A stretch of DNA of 64,000 nt from Eledone cirrhosa (taxonomy: Eukaryota): the NCBI GenBank assembly GCA_964016885.1, contig OZ024742.1, forward strand, positions 49,104,001 to 49,168,000. The letters are read 5' to 3'. The notes under the pieces were generated by a model. The model was not told the origin of the DNA. It saw nothing but the letters and a program-made list of their open reading frames with translations, and ran no database searches. Made by a program: the position numbers and the translations under genes. This document shows, one piece after another, positions 1 through 12,705 of this stretch (the first letter of the stretch is position 1; each line of letters opens with the position of its first letter).

Positions 1-1275
1 AATACGCTTAGGTTAAATTCAAATGTTATTTAATAGTATCAAGAATATATCGTATATAATGTTAACTCAAAGTCATAAATGTTTTCATACATTTGAAGAG
101 GGAGAAATATACAAGATAAACATATTTCTAACTGCTGCAGTAATGCAAATAGGATATTAAAAATATAGATAGCAAAGTTGCTGAAATATTACTTGCGGGC
201 TATTTAATTAGTCTTGAATATATCGGGGTAAAATCCTTACGGCAAATGAGGATTTGAGGAAATAAAATAGGAGCAGCATATTTTGTGATGTTCTAATGCC
301 TACTCGAAAATACACAATATTTCCGACACGTTCCACAATGCTTGTAAAATATCTGCTGCACGAAGGGAAAGTAGAATACAATTTTGAAGGAGTCGAGAAA
401 TAGGGCTTTTTTGTATACTTCGGAGAGCAAATGAAATGATATATATGTATATGTGTATGTATTATATGTACATACATATATATATATATATATATATGAG
501 TGTGTGGGGGGGGGGTATATGTGTGTGTGTCTATATGTCTGTGTGTTCATGTATGAATATGTAGGAATTTTTATAACTAGAGTTTGATATTCGATTTACG
601 TAAGGAAATAACTGTTTTTTCTCCGAAATGAATTCAGCTGGGTCTCTCATTGTTAAGATATGATGGGGTATGAGAAAATGTATATTTTAGCTGAAATCTG
701 CTTTTTCGATTTGGTAGTATGTTTTATAGCTGTCATCTGCTTTGACTATCAGTAACTAGAAGTAATATAATCTACATAAATAACTGCCTATGAAGGTGGC
801 TATAATTATGTTCTAATATTTTTCGCAATAAATTATAATGAAAATTACACTAGATCTGTTTTATTGAAATAGTTTATGGCAAAGTGCTTTTGTGTCATCG
901 ACCTACTTAATAAGTTACAGAATAACAAACACTGAATTGTAAAACACTTATCAAAATTATCGAAGCGTAACAAGAAGAAATAATACATTCAAAAACATTT
1001 TAAATAAAAAATATACAGAATCTGGCATATGGCCAGGGCCAGGTGTTTGGAGGATTGGAGGCGTCGATTAATTTGACTCACAATATGTAATAGATCTACT
1101 AAAAAGCAGGATTTTAACAAACTCCCTTAAAGGATGGAAGTAAATATTGCAAATCATTTTGTGCATCGCATTATCCATTTTATAAATGCACCGATCTCAT
1201 TTAAAAAAATACTTTTTTCAATTTGTTGAAAAATACTATTCAATGAAATCGACCTCGAACATTATTTCACAGGTT

Positions 1276-1373
1276 GGTTAACTTTGCCTTTCTTCCTGAC
1301 GGGGGCGACAAAATAAAGTACCAGTAATACACTGGGATAATTGCTGGCCTTGTGCCAAAAGTTGACACAATTA
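1276..1373 (+). mobile_element. MetaSINE-type tRNA-derived SINE, 3' fragment
   Basis: GGTTAACTTTGCCTTTCTTCC...AAATAAAGTACCAGTAATACACTGG...GGCCTTGTGCC matches the 3' half of the full copies at 12527 and 24594. Confidence 0.75.
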
Positions 1374-2779
1374 TTTCATAGATTTCTGAAAGATGAAAAG
1401 AAAACGTTTACCTCGGTGAAATTTCAACTCGGAATGTAAAGTAAAAACCAATACATAAACTTTAGTGCGGAACAGTTAAAGAAAAACAATCACCCAAATA
1501 TTTAAATAAATCTTTATTTTGTATCAAAGAAAGATGAAACGCATATAGACCTAGGCAGGATAATAATGTGCAAGCTATATTTTCAACTAACTTCCAATTT
1601 TGCCAATTCACAGTCCGTGTATATAGTGTTTAGCTCATGATTTTAAGGTTGTGATTTCGATTACAGGAGGTACATTGTGTTTTTGAGCTGTAACAATAAT
1701 TGAAAAGTGATCAGCTTTATCAGACTCTATGTTACGCTGTATCACACAGAGAACTAAATTAAGGATACACGTGTCTGTGAAATCCTCTGCCATTTGCACG
1801 TTAATTTCAGGAGCAGGCTGCTGCGTTGATCGAATCAACTGAAACACTCGTCTATGTTTATATACACTTTGATTCCATTCAACTTTGGCGATGTTCGCAT
1901 CATGGATTCACAAAAATAAATAATATTTGCGTGGACTTGAAGCTCCACAGCACTGTTAACATTAAATACCTAGATTTTTTAAAATACTTTTAGAGATTGA
2001 AGCATGGGAAATAAAACTGTTCTTAATTATTTTAATATCCACTTTATGAGAAAAATACACAATTTAATTAAATTTCAGCGATAAAATGGGAAATTAATAT
2101 ATTGAAGTATTTTGTGGGAAAATTGTTCGGATTAATCCAAGATAAAAAGTAGGCATCATTCTAAATGACAACATAACAAAACATTAACATTGTTATTTGC
2201 TAAGTATAAAAAATGCTACAAAATGATTTACGTCTGTTAAAAATAAATTATATTTGTAATTGAAAACAAATTATATCCCCCAAATCATTAATCGACTCCT
2301 CTGTAATTTCCTTCTCTTATCGGAGTTATTAATAGAGTACATGATTATTAATCCACATTTATTTATGTTTTTTTACATATTGCTTAATGAGAAGTGAAAT
2401 GACAGCACCCATTATTGTATGTTAGGGCCTCAGTCAACGGTGGGAATTCAACTCGATGTACCGAAAGGCAAGGTGGTGAAGTTAACCCGCACAACAAATT
2501 AAATCTACAGCTTTAAAATACAGAGACGAACGAAATACCCCAAGGAATTTTGTTTGACACACTAGCCTGTGTAGCAATCAACTACGTTGGTATGGTACTT
2601 TATTTTATCAACTCCTAAGTATGAAAGTCAAAGTTATGAGCCTGATTTGAACTAAGATCGCAGGTAAACTGATAAAATCCCGCGGGGGGTATCCTACACA
2701 GTATTGACTGCTAAGTCACTGGGTGATACCAGGATGTAATAAACACAGTAATTGTAACAGTGATACAAATGGAGTTGTT

Positions 2780-3040
2780 GCTGTTATTGTTGGTGATGAT
2801 GAAGATAAGGAAATTGATGATGACTGTGAGGAGAGATAGGCGGATGAAAATGATAATGAAGATTTGAAAATGATGATCATGATGATCATGATGATGATGA
2901 GGGGGAGGAGGGGGGGAAGGAGAGGGGAAGGAATTGATAATGAAGAAGATGCATAGGAGGATGACGATTGGAATGATGAGATTGACGAAGATGAGGGTGA
3001 TGAGGAATTTAAGGACGCTGATGATGATGATGAGGAGTAA
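2780..3040. repeat. Degenerate (GAT/GAG)n low-complexity tract
   Basis: Runs of GATGAT/GAGGAG; explains the Ser-rich ORF 2716-3201. Confidence 0.7.
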
Positions 3041-3169
3041 CGTGGTCTGTGGGAATTATAAAGCATGAAATAAAATTCCGAATCGATGAAGCGAATTTGT
3101 ATATTCCCAACTGAAACCAGATCGGTTGTGTTAGGCTCTGCCTTCCAGACACACATTTCTATACCTCTA

Positions 3170-3585
3170 CATACAGCCCTACTAAGGGTGAGAAATGACA
3201 TTTCGTTTCATTTTTTTCCATTTATCGTTTTCGGTGCGCCCGGCCGATTAACTCACTCGATATGCAAATTAGGCTGCTCAGCCGTTAATATGCATAAGGA
3301 AAGTATATACTTTCAGACGTTCCATCACCTGGCAGGAAGGTATACGGTGCTGACGATAGCTAATAAGCTTGAAACTAGTACATCGTTCCTTTGTCAGTGT
3401 TGCAACGATGGTTGCTAGACACTGTACGGCTTAATTCGAGATGTTGGTTTACAAACACACCGAGCATTATAATAAAGGGTCGGTAAATCCATACGTACAT
3501 ATATATATGTGTGCATGTATGTATATATATACATACTACTGTACGTCTGTATACATATGTGTATGTACGTATACATACTTACATT

Positions 3586-3590
<5 letters not shown>
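3170..3590 (+). mobile_element. Non-coding HHR-bearing repeat (family A), probably PLE-derived
   Basis: Clear inverted paralog at ~30850-31310; contains HHR 3345-3385; ends in (TA)n. Confidence 0.7.
3345..3385 (+). ncRNA. Type-I hammerhead ribozyme
   Basis: CGGTG|CTGACGA|TAGCTAATAAGCTT|GAAAC TA GTA^CATCG; stem I CGGTG/CATCG, palindromic stem III ACTAGT, GUA site. Confidence 0.8.
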
Positions 3591-3619
<29 letters not shown>

Positions 3620-3773
3620 TATATACATATGCACATAAAAGTGCAAATACTATATATATATATATATATACATATATGCATCTATGAATATATATATTTT
3701 ATATGTATATACTACATTTATATATATATATATATATATGCATATATATATATATATATATGATATATATATG

Positions 3774-3804
<31 letters not shown>

Positions 3805-3811
3805 ATATATA

Positions 3812-3862
<51 letters not shown>

Positions 3863-3869
3863 ATATATA

Positions 3870-3928
<59 letters not shown>

Positions 3929-3935
3929 ATATATA

Positions 3936-3975
<40 letters not shown>
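3585..3975. repeat. (TA)n microsatellite
   Basis: Long TA dinucleotide run. Confidence 0.95.
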
Positions 3976-3978
<3 letters not shown>

Positions 3979-4045
3979 TGAAAAAATGGCGTGCTGCGTT
4001 GTTAACGGTGTGATACATATGAATGAAAAATAGACCATGAAACGG

Positions 4046-4124
4046 GACTGTCTATCATCAGTGATCTTCTGACTATGCGAAGAAATACCGATGATAGTCA
4101 GAAGATCACTGATGATGGACAGTC
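4046..4124. repeat. 31-bp inverted repeat (hairpin) with CTGATGA in each arm
   Basis: 4046-4076 is the reverse complement of 4094-4124 with one mismatch. Confidence 0.8.
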
Positions 4125-4637
4125 TCATTAACTCGGACTTACAAATCTCCCAAAGTTTATCTAAATAATAAACGAGAAGAAAAGTTAATTAATGTAATAA
4201 CAGCAAGTGTAATAATGGAAGCGTGGCTGGGGGAGGGATATCATTCTGCTGCTGTTGATGAAAACAATAATGAATACAATAACGAAGACTATGATAATGA
4301 TGATGATGACGACGAATTAGACGATGACAATAAAGATGACAGACATGAAAATGACACCAACTATGATGATGATGACGACGAGGAAAACAAAGGCAACGAC
4401 GGTGACAACAAAGACGACAATGTGGAGCAGGAGGAGGAGGGCAGGGGTGTGGAGAGGAGGAAGAGGAGGATGTGGCGGGGGAGCAGGAGGATGGTGATGA
4501 GGACAATGAAGAATGCAAAGGACAAGGGGAGGTATATGTAACCATAAAAAATTTGCAGTAGAAATTAAAGAAGCAGAAATGTTTGTAGCATATGTAATTA
4601 GGCATGACACATGAAGAATTTATATAGAGTAAAATAC

Positions 4638-4722
4638 TTGTTTCTACTTTTGGCACAAGGCCAGCAATTTCTCAGTGTATTACTGGTACTTTATTTTATC
4701 GACCCCGTAAGGATGAAAGTAA
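4638..4722 (-). mobile_element. MetaSINE-type SINE fragment
   Basis: Reverse complement of SINE 3' part (TACTGGTACTTTATTTTATCGACCCCGTAAGGATGAAAG). Confidence 0.8.
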
Positions 4723-4785
4723 AATACTAATCTAAATATGTATGTATGTATGTATATATCTATGTATATACGTATGTATATATGT

Positions 4786-5393
4786 CAGGTCACCAGTTGG
4801 TGCTACTGGTAACATATATCCCTGTACAACCTGTCTCATGGTTGGGTCGTCGGCGACTAAACTGGCAACCCCACCATGGTTTCTTGGTGAGGAGGGTGAC
4901 TTTGGACATCCTGCAGGACTAAAAACAAAACCTGTCAAAAGGCAAAGGAGCTCTTAAGAGTCAATGGCCATCCAAAATCACCGGGAGAGATGACTCCTTA
5001 GCCTTTGTCACTTCAGAATTCTAGGAGAAGGAAAACTCTGATATAACACCTGCAACCCTGATGGTATCCAATGATGTTGACTTTTTCTTCTTTTTGGTAA
5101 ATATCATCTTGGTTAAGAGAGTGGGACTGGCTTTGTGCAGTGCCTTTGCTCACTATAAAAGCTTCACGGCACAGGCATTGCTTTATATCTGGAGATCTCT
5201 CTGCACTTGTCGTCACATGGTACCATGGGACCAGCACTATGTGTCAATAACTGTCACAAGTGTAGTGTTTGTACCAGAGTTTTCAAGTCGCTGGCTGGAC
5301 TAAAAAGTCACACTCGTTCAGCGCATCGGTATGGGTTCTCCTACATGGATATAAAGTAGTGGCCGTACTCGAAAACGAGTTGGCAGCGACCAT
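4786..5393 (+). mobile_element. ~600-bp non-autonomous RTE-partner element (SINE-like), full copy
   Basis: Near-identical to 8276-8881 and 62435-63025; flanked by (ATGT)n; 3' part encodes [17 protein letters not shown] and ends GGCCGTACTCGAAAACGAGTTGGCAGC, like the RTE 3' end. Confidence 0.85.
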
Positions 5394-5417
5394 GTATGTA
5401 TGTATGTATATATGTAT

Positions 5418-8023
5418 AGACTTGAAGACTTGTTGGCTGATAAGAGGCGTGCTCTGTCACGCTGCTTGACGGCAAAACCACATGAGAGGAATACGTTGCA
5501 TGAGGAGCTCAGGGATGTAAAATCACGTGTTAGGCGGAGTCTTTCTCAGATGAAGGATCAGTGGTGGAGTGAGAAGGCTGGTAAGATACAAACTGCGTCT
5601 GATTCCAATAACACAAAGCTGTTGTACAGTCTCTTGCGTGAGGTTTATGGACCATTTTCTTCTCTGGTGACACCGCTTCGCAGCAAGGATGGCAAAGAAC
5701 TTCTTCGTGACTCACAGTGAATTCTACGAAGGTGGCGAGAGCACTTTGATGATCTTTTGAATCAGCCGTCTGTCGTCAGTGAAGATTTCCTCAATCTCAT
5801 TCCAGAAAGTCCTGTGAAAGTAGCTCTCGCAGAACCTCCGACGCTTGTGGAGGTTGCAGTGGCTATTTCGAAGCTGAACAGTGGAAGATCTCCGGGTATG
5901 GATGGCATACATGCTGAGCTCCTACAATATGGTGGGGAGAGACTCCTGCAAGATCTGTACTCTTTGTTTGGAAGGATATGGGCTAATGAATCCGTACCTG
6001 AGGACTGGAGAGATGCAGTAATGGTGGTCTTGTACAAGGGAAAGGGTAACAGGAATGATTGTGGGAACTACAGAGCTATATCATTGCTTTCTGTCGTAGG
6101 GAAAGTTTTATGTAGGGTGCTTCTGGACCGTCTGCTGACACACATTGCAGATTGTGTTCTTCCTGAAAGTCAATCTGGTTTTCGTGCTGGACGCGGCACT
6201 ACTGATATGATCTTCTCAGCCAGACAGCTCCAAGAGAAGTGCATTGAACAAGGCTTTGATCTGTATCAGGTTTTTGTCGATCTGACAAAGGCTTTCGATA
6301 CTGTCAACAGAGATACATTATGGAAGGTTCTCCAGAAACTTGGTTGCCCTGATAAGTTCCTTGCTTTAGTTAGGTCTTTCCATAACGACATGAAGGCTTG
6401 GGTTAATGTCGGAGGTAACATGTCGGAGCCTATCTCAGTAAAAAATGGAGTGAAACAGGGGGATATTCCAGGAGCGACCCTGTTTGCCATATACTTTGCA
6501 ATGGTTTTCTGTATCGCATTCAGGAATTGCGAGCATGGTTTTTACATCCGATATCGAACCTCAGGCAGCATATTTAACATCAGGCGCTTTGCTGCGAAGA
6601 CAAGTGTATTTACATCAATCATAAGAGACCTCTTGTATGCAGATGATTGCGATCTTGTAGCGCACACAGAGAGTGATATGCAGCACATTTTGAATGCATT
6701 TTCTGACGCTTGCACTGCCCTGGGTTTGACTGTCAGTCTCAAGAAAACCGTCGTCATGTACCAACCTGCCCCTAGTAAGCAGTACACTGAACCAAACATC
6801 TATGTGTATGGCAAACAACTTGGAGTGGTTGATCAGTTTGTCTACCTGGGAAGCACTGTCAATCGATACGGCAACCTTGACAGTGAAATCTCACTTAGGA
6901 TTAGGAAAGCAAGTGATGCTTTCGGAAAGCTAGAAAGGCGACTCTGGGGTCGGCGAGACATATGCAGGAGGACAAAGGTAAAGGTGTACAGGGCATGTGT
7001 ACTCTCTTGTCTTCTTTATGCCTGCGAGATCTGGGTCACATATCGACACCACCTTAAGCAATTGGAGCGTTTCCATCAGATGTGTCTCAGACGGATCCAC
7101 GGCGTTCGCTGGAGGGACCACATCAGTGATGTCGAGATTTTGGAAAGCTCTATGTGTGACAGTATAGAAGCTCTTGTGCTTAAGCAACGACTCCGTTGAA
7201 GTGGTTACCTTGCCAGGATGAAGGATTCTAGAATACCAAAACAACTCTTCTATGGAGAGTTGGTTAATGGAAAACGACCGCCACATAAACTAAAAAAGAG
7301 GTATAAGGATTCCTTGAAAGCCTCTCTGAAAGACGCTAACATCTCTGCTGATACATGGGAAAATATTGCTGCTGATCGTAATAAATGGAGAAAGACTGTA
7401 TATGAAGGAAAAGTTGCCTTTGAGGCATCTCGAATCGCACACGAGAAAGTAAAGCGGGATGTGAGGAAGGGCATTGCTGTTGCACTTCCAGATGGCGAGG
7501 GTCCTCCTATGGTGCTGACATGCAGCGTCTGTGCGAGACTCTGCGTAAGCAAAGCTGGACTCGAAAGTCATCTTCGCAGTCATAAAGTAAGACCAGTGGT
7601 TGACTACCAGGCTGCTGTTGGAGATGCTACTCATCATGCTTGCTAAACATGTGGTAGAGAATGTAAATCAGCAGGAGGGCTCAAGCGACATGCAGAAGTA
7701 CACGAACTCCAACCACAGCCGACTATTCCCAGTGAATGTTTTGGTTGCCGACTCTGTGTAAGACATTTTAGATCATTGGCTGGGCTAAAAAGCCACATTC
7801 GATCGCAGCACTGTTAGTTGCTATCGTGTGTGTGTGTATGTGTGTAGATATGCTTATGTGCGTGCGTGTGTGTGTATATATATGAATATGTATATTAATA
7901 TTGTTGTTGTCGTTATTATTATTATTGCTATTATTATTATTATTATTATTATTGTTATTAATGTATGTGTGTGTATATGTGTGTGTATGTGTATGTATGT
8001 GTGTGTGTATATATGTATGTATG

Positions 8024-8054
<31 letters not shown>

Positions 8055-8073
8055 TTCTTTTTCTTTTTTTTAT

Positions 8074-8122
<49 letters not shown>

Positions 8123-8188
8123 TTATGTTATTTTATTTTTTTTCTTCTCGTGCAATGGCCATACTCGATAACGAGGGGGCAGCCATCA
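5418..8188 (+). mobile_element. RTE-clade LINE, 5'-truncated
   Basis: RT ORF plus upstream and downstream ORF pieces split by stops; 3' tail GGCCATACTCGATAACGAGGGGGCAGCCATCAT followed by (ATGT)n. Confidence 0.9.
5757..7199 (+). pseudogene. RTE reverse transcriptase (part of a disrupted ORF ~5420-7816)
   Basis: Motifs SPGMDGI, NYRAISLL, PESQSGFR, FVDLTKAFD, GVKQG, LYADD, FVYLGS; in-frame stops near 5718, 7197 and 7644. Confidence 0.9.
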
Positions 8189-8275
8189 TATATGTATGTA
8201 TGTATCTATGTATGTATGTATGTATGTATGTATGTATGTATGTATGTATGTATGTATGTATGTATGTATGTATGT

Positions 8276-8881
8276 CAGGTCACCACTTGGTGCTACTGGT
8301 AACATGTATCCCAGTACAACCTGTCTCATGGTCGGGTCGTTGGCGACTAAACTAGCAACCCCACCAAGGTTTCTTGGTGAGGAGGGTGACTTTGGACATC
8401 CTGCAGGACTAAAAACAAAACCTGTCAAAGGGCAAAGGAGCTCTTAAGAGTCAATGGCCATCCAAAATCAGTGGGAGAGATGACCCCTTAGCCTTTGTCA
8501 AGGCAGAATTCTAGGAGAAGGAAAACTCTGATATAACACCTGCAACCCTGATGGTATCCAATGATGTTGACTTGTTCTTCTTTTTGGTAAATATCATCTT
8601 GGTTAAGAGAGTGGGACTGGCTTTGTGCAGTGCCTTTGCTCACTATAAAAGCTTCACGGCACAGGCATTTCTTTGTATCTGGAGATATCTCTGCACTTGT
8701 CGTCACATGGTACCAAAGGCAAAGCACTATGTGTCAATAATTGTCACAAGTGTAGTGTTTGTACCAGAGTTTTCAAGTCGCTGGCTGGACTAAAAAGTCA
8801 CTCGTTCAGCGCATCGGTAGGGGTTCTCCTACATGGATATAAAGTAGTGGCCGTACTCGAAAACGAGTTGGCAGCCACCAT
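8276..8881 (+). mobile_element. RTE-partner element, full copy
   Basis: Near-identical to 4786-5393; preceded by (ATGT)n. Confidence 0.85.
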
Positions 8882-9105
8882 ATATATATGTGTACATATA
8901 TATGTATATATATGTGTGTGTACATATATATGTATATATATATGTGTGTACATATATATGTGTACATATATATGTATATATGTGTGTACATAGGTATGTA
9001 TATGTGTATGTGTGTGTGTACATATATATGTATATATATGTGTGTACATATATATGTATATATGTGTGTACATATATATGTATATATATGTGTATATATA
9101 TGTGT

Positions 9106-9376
9106 GTGACTGGCTTTGTGCAGTGCCTTTGCTCACTATAAAAGCTTCACGGCACAGGCATTGCTTTATATCTGGAGATCTCTCTGCACTTGTCGTCACA
9201 TGGTACCATGGGCCCAACACTAAGTGTCAATAATTGTCACAAGTGTAGTGTTTGTACCAGAGTTTTCAAGTCGCTGGCTGGACTAAAAAGTCACACTCGT
9301 TCAACGCATGGGTAGGGGTTCTCCTACATGGATATAAAGTAGTGGCCGTACTCGAAAACGAGTTGGCAGCCACCAT
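9106..9376 (+). mobile_element. RTE-partner element, 5'-truncated copy
   Basis: Matches the 3' ~270 bp of 4786-5393; (ATGT)n tail. Confidence 0.85.
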
Positions 9377-9472
9377 GTATGTATGTATGTATGTATGTGT
9401 GTATGTATGTATGTATGTATATATGTACGTATGTATATATATGTATGTATGTATATATGTATGTATGTATGT

Positions 9473-9852
9473 TCTTCTGGTTTTATAATTTCACAAAGTT
9501 TTACGAATAGAGAGAGAGTCGGTTTCTAACATAGACACAAGACTCTTTCATTGGAATTTACACATCAACTAGGTAGATATGTATGTATGCATCCATGTGT
9601 AGATATGGATGTTATAGTATGTGTGGATGTGTATGTTTTGAGTTGTACGTGTGTATGTGTATATGCTTTGTATCTGTACATGTGTATATGCAGTTATTAG
9701 ATGCAACATTTTTGGAATGTTTTACATATTTTTACTGTTCCATTAATGGATTGTACTTGTAATTTCCTAACTAGTTGTGTTCTTTCTGTTCCTGTGAAGT
9801 CTAGCTTCTCAAGATTTGTATTGAGGCAGTTACTAACATACCCCAGTGCCCG
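9473..9852 (-). mobile_element. 3' end of an R4/Dong-like RLE non-LTR retrotransposon
   Basis: Translation (I)RALGYVSNCLNTNLEKL...RKLQVQSINGTVKICKTF resembles the GALG...LQ...GT..I C-terminus of R4-type ORFs; embedded in (ATGT)n. Confidence 0.6.
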
Positions 9853-10905
9853 TATGTATGTATGTATGTATGCATGTATGTAAGTGTAGATGTATATATG
9901 CATATATGTATGCGTGTATGTGTGTGTATGCGTAAATGTATATATACACTCATCCAAACATGCACACACACACACCAGTACACTACACTCCCTCCTCCGT
10001 CCCCAACATATTTTCTCTCCCTCTCCCTCTCCCCGCTCCACCAACACCTCTTCACACACACACACATCCCAATACCACCTCTACTAATACACATCCCATC
10101 CCCCCAAAATCACCACCTCCCCCTCCACCATTCACACCTACCCATCCTCTCCCTTGTGCACCGCACCTCCGCACACACACACTCACAGTCCTCACCACAC
10201 ACTGACCATTTCCCCACTTGTCATTCTCTTCTACTGCTATCACTTTACCCTGCCTTGACCCTCTGACAACTTCCTGTTGCGCGCGCACCTCACATCTCTT
10301 CACTTCCGACCACCGAAACCAATGGATTCCACACCACCGCTCATCGTTCCAGCTATCCACTCCATAACATGAGAAATATCCAGCACCTCATCGCACACTC
10401 CACGGAACTACCTTAAGAACTTACCCACGGACATACACTCACATTTTTTTTCGAACCACGCCACCTACATCCACACCACGTATAAATACCAACACACAGG
10501 TGCGTACCCCCACATATACACAATCGGCCTCCGGAATCCGCACGCCCCCACCCTTCTGACCCCTCTTCATACACACGCAGGCACACATCGACCTACACCC
10601 CACCCCACGCGCACACCTGTTCCTGAACATGGAACCTCGGTCTTCCCCAAACTCTCACATTTACATACACACGCACACACACACACACACGTACACCTAC
10701 ACACATACACAAACACCACCTTCAGCCCTCCCCGCTAGGACCCCCCGCCTCCCCCTCCCTACTTCACCCACCACCACCCCTACACGCCTCACACCCTTCC
10801 ACCGTTTTTCCTCCCTTTTCTCTCCACCCACCCTCCTTTTTTTCTAAATGTGTCTCCACCACTCCTCCACACACCCTCGGATCTCTCTTGCTACCCACTT
10901 TTCTC

Positions 10906-10933
10906 CCGATGAAGGGCTTATGCCCGAAACGTC
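10906..10933 (+). ncRNA. Minimal hammerhead core (stem I not resolved)
   Basis: CCGATGA A GGGC TTAT GCCC GAAAC GTC; the downstream 10940-11022 has an inverted paralog at ~25880-25965. Confidence 0.5.
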
Positions 10934-11312
10934 GTTCCCCACCCCACCCCACTCTCAAGAGCATGAACCTAATAAACTTTTATTTGTACTGCCTCTCTCT
11001 TTTTGTTACCGTCCAAGTTTTCACTAATAAGGCTATCTTTGACAGGGCGGCACCCTACTATAACACGGCGTTAGCTAACAGCGGCTTCTCGCAACCTATC
11101 ACTTACTCTCCCACTAACAACAACAGCAATAAGAAAAGAAATCGTAATAATAGACGGCTATCTGGTTCTCTCCTCTCTTCTCACTCAACGTTAAAACCAA
11201 TGTAGGCAAAAGATTTCTAGCCTTCTTAGATAGACACTTTCCCATATGTCATAAATAACGCTCCATCTTTAACCGACAGAAAGTAAAACTAGGATACTCC
11301 TGCGCTAAGAAC

Positions 11313-11810
11313 ATGAAGGCCCACATCACCACCAGCCCTAAGAGCAACATCCCACCAGGGTGCTCTTGCCGTAAGCCCGAAGCTTGTCCCCTTCAACAGC
11401 AATGCAACACACCCGCTGTAGTTTATGAAGCTGTGGTCACTTCCAACCGACCAAATCAACCAGAGGAGATCAAATCCTATGTGGGTATAGCGGAGGGCCG
11501 ATTTAAGGAACGCTTCCTGAACCACCAGTCGACCATTAGGTACCCGGACAGACGTTCATCCACGAAACTCGCGAGCCAGGTATGGTCCCTCAAGGACTCA
11601 AGTATAGACTACTCCATTCAATGGAAAGCCATGACTAAGTCCAAGCCATACGCAAGGGGCAATCCGTCGTGTGGACTATGTATTGATGAACGAATAAATA
11701 TTCTAAAGAGATTACGCAATAGTGATTGCCTGAACACGGGAAATGAATTATTCACACGTTGTCCACACGACTGGAAACATCTCTTACATGACTACAAAGC
11801 TCCAGATTGA
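11313..11810 (+). pseudogene. PLE GIY-YIG endonuclease domain
   Basis: CSCRKPEACPLQQQC, VVYEA...SYVGIAEGRFKERFLNH, CGLC...RCPH. Confidence 0.85.
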
Positions 11811-11972
11811 ATTACAACAACATCCTAATTTTCTTATAAACTAGAAACTTTCGGATTTTCTCAGTTATCTCCCTGACACCTCTCGCACGCAATTTAGTAT
11901 GGCCTGTGTGAAGTGATCGTTTCTACGCATGCACGTTCGTACGGTGGTCCTACCTGTTCCGTCTAACCATGT

Positions 11973-12022
11973 CCATTACGAGCTGAGGATCCGCTAAGGT
12001 GAAACAATAATTCTCGGTATGG
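11973..12022 (+). ncRNA. Degenerate hammerhead in PLE 3' repeat
   Basis: CCATTACGAG CTGAGGA TCCGCTAAGGT GAAAC AATAATT CTCGGTATGG; the inverted paralog at 48257-48320 keeps palindromic stem III AACAATTATTGTT. Confidence 0.55.
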
Positions 12023-12045
12023 TGAACTAACTGTTGTGTAACCAC

Positions 12046-12082
<37 letters not shown>

Positions 12083-12204
12083 CGTGTAAGTATGTGTATG
12101 TCCATAAAGGTTCGCGTGTCATTGTGTCTCTCAATTGGTATATTTTGATATATATATACCAATATATGTATATATATTTGTGTGTGTGTGTGTGTGTGTG
12201 TATG

Positions 12205-12330
<126 letters not shown>

Positions 12331-12526
12331 ACAGTCTACAGTTCAGGTGAAGATGTGATTGTGATAAAGGATGGTTTTTTATGACAACGTAGGATTGTTT
12401 GAAATTAAGATATAATTCTTAATCCTAGTTTTTCACTTATTCATGGTTTTTCTTCCTGTTTTATAGAAACATATGTAAGACAAATAAAATATCTTAAAGT
12501 CCTCATCATATATATCCATCCATTGA

Positions 12527-12705
12527 TTGGCAGTATCGGTAGAGGTTCGGACGCCATGCTTTCCAGCATAGTTACGTCCCTTTACGATCTGAGTTCAAAT
12601 CCCGCCGAGGTTGACTTTGCCTTTCATCCTAACGGGGTCGATAAAATAAAGTACCAGTAATGCACTGGATAATTGGTGGCCTTGTGCCTAAAGTAGAAAC
12701 AATTA
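12527..12705 (+). mobile_element. MetaSINE-type tRNA-derived SINE, full copy
   Basis: A box TGGCAGTATCGG, B box GAGTTCAAATCC, core GCCTTTCATCC...GGGGTCGATAAAATAAAGTACCAG. Confidence 0.85.

Larger units (their letters stand above)
11025..12048 (+). mobile_element. Penelope-like element (Naiad-like), 5'-truncated
   Basis: FDRAAPYYNTALANSGF is homologous to ORF 41002; GIY-YIG ORF; HHR-like motif in 3' repeat; ends in (TA)n. Confidence 0.85.

Noticed and set aside
3415-4128. [16 protein letters not shown] ORFs here and throughout the track
   Set aside because: Translations of (TA)n, (GT)n, (GA)n and (ATGT)n microsatellites
4215-4541. Asp/Asn-rich ORF (and Ser-rich ORF 2716-3201)
   Set aside because: Degenerate trinucleotide repeats; no domain or splice support
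12527-12610. tRNA gene
   Set aside because: A/B boxes belong to a multi-copy SINE; no full cloverleaf
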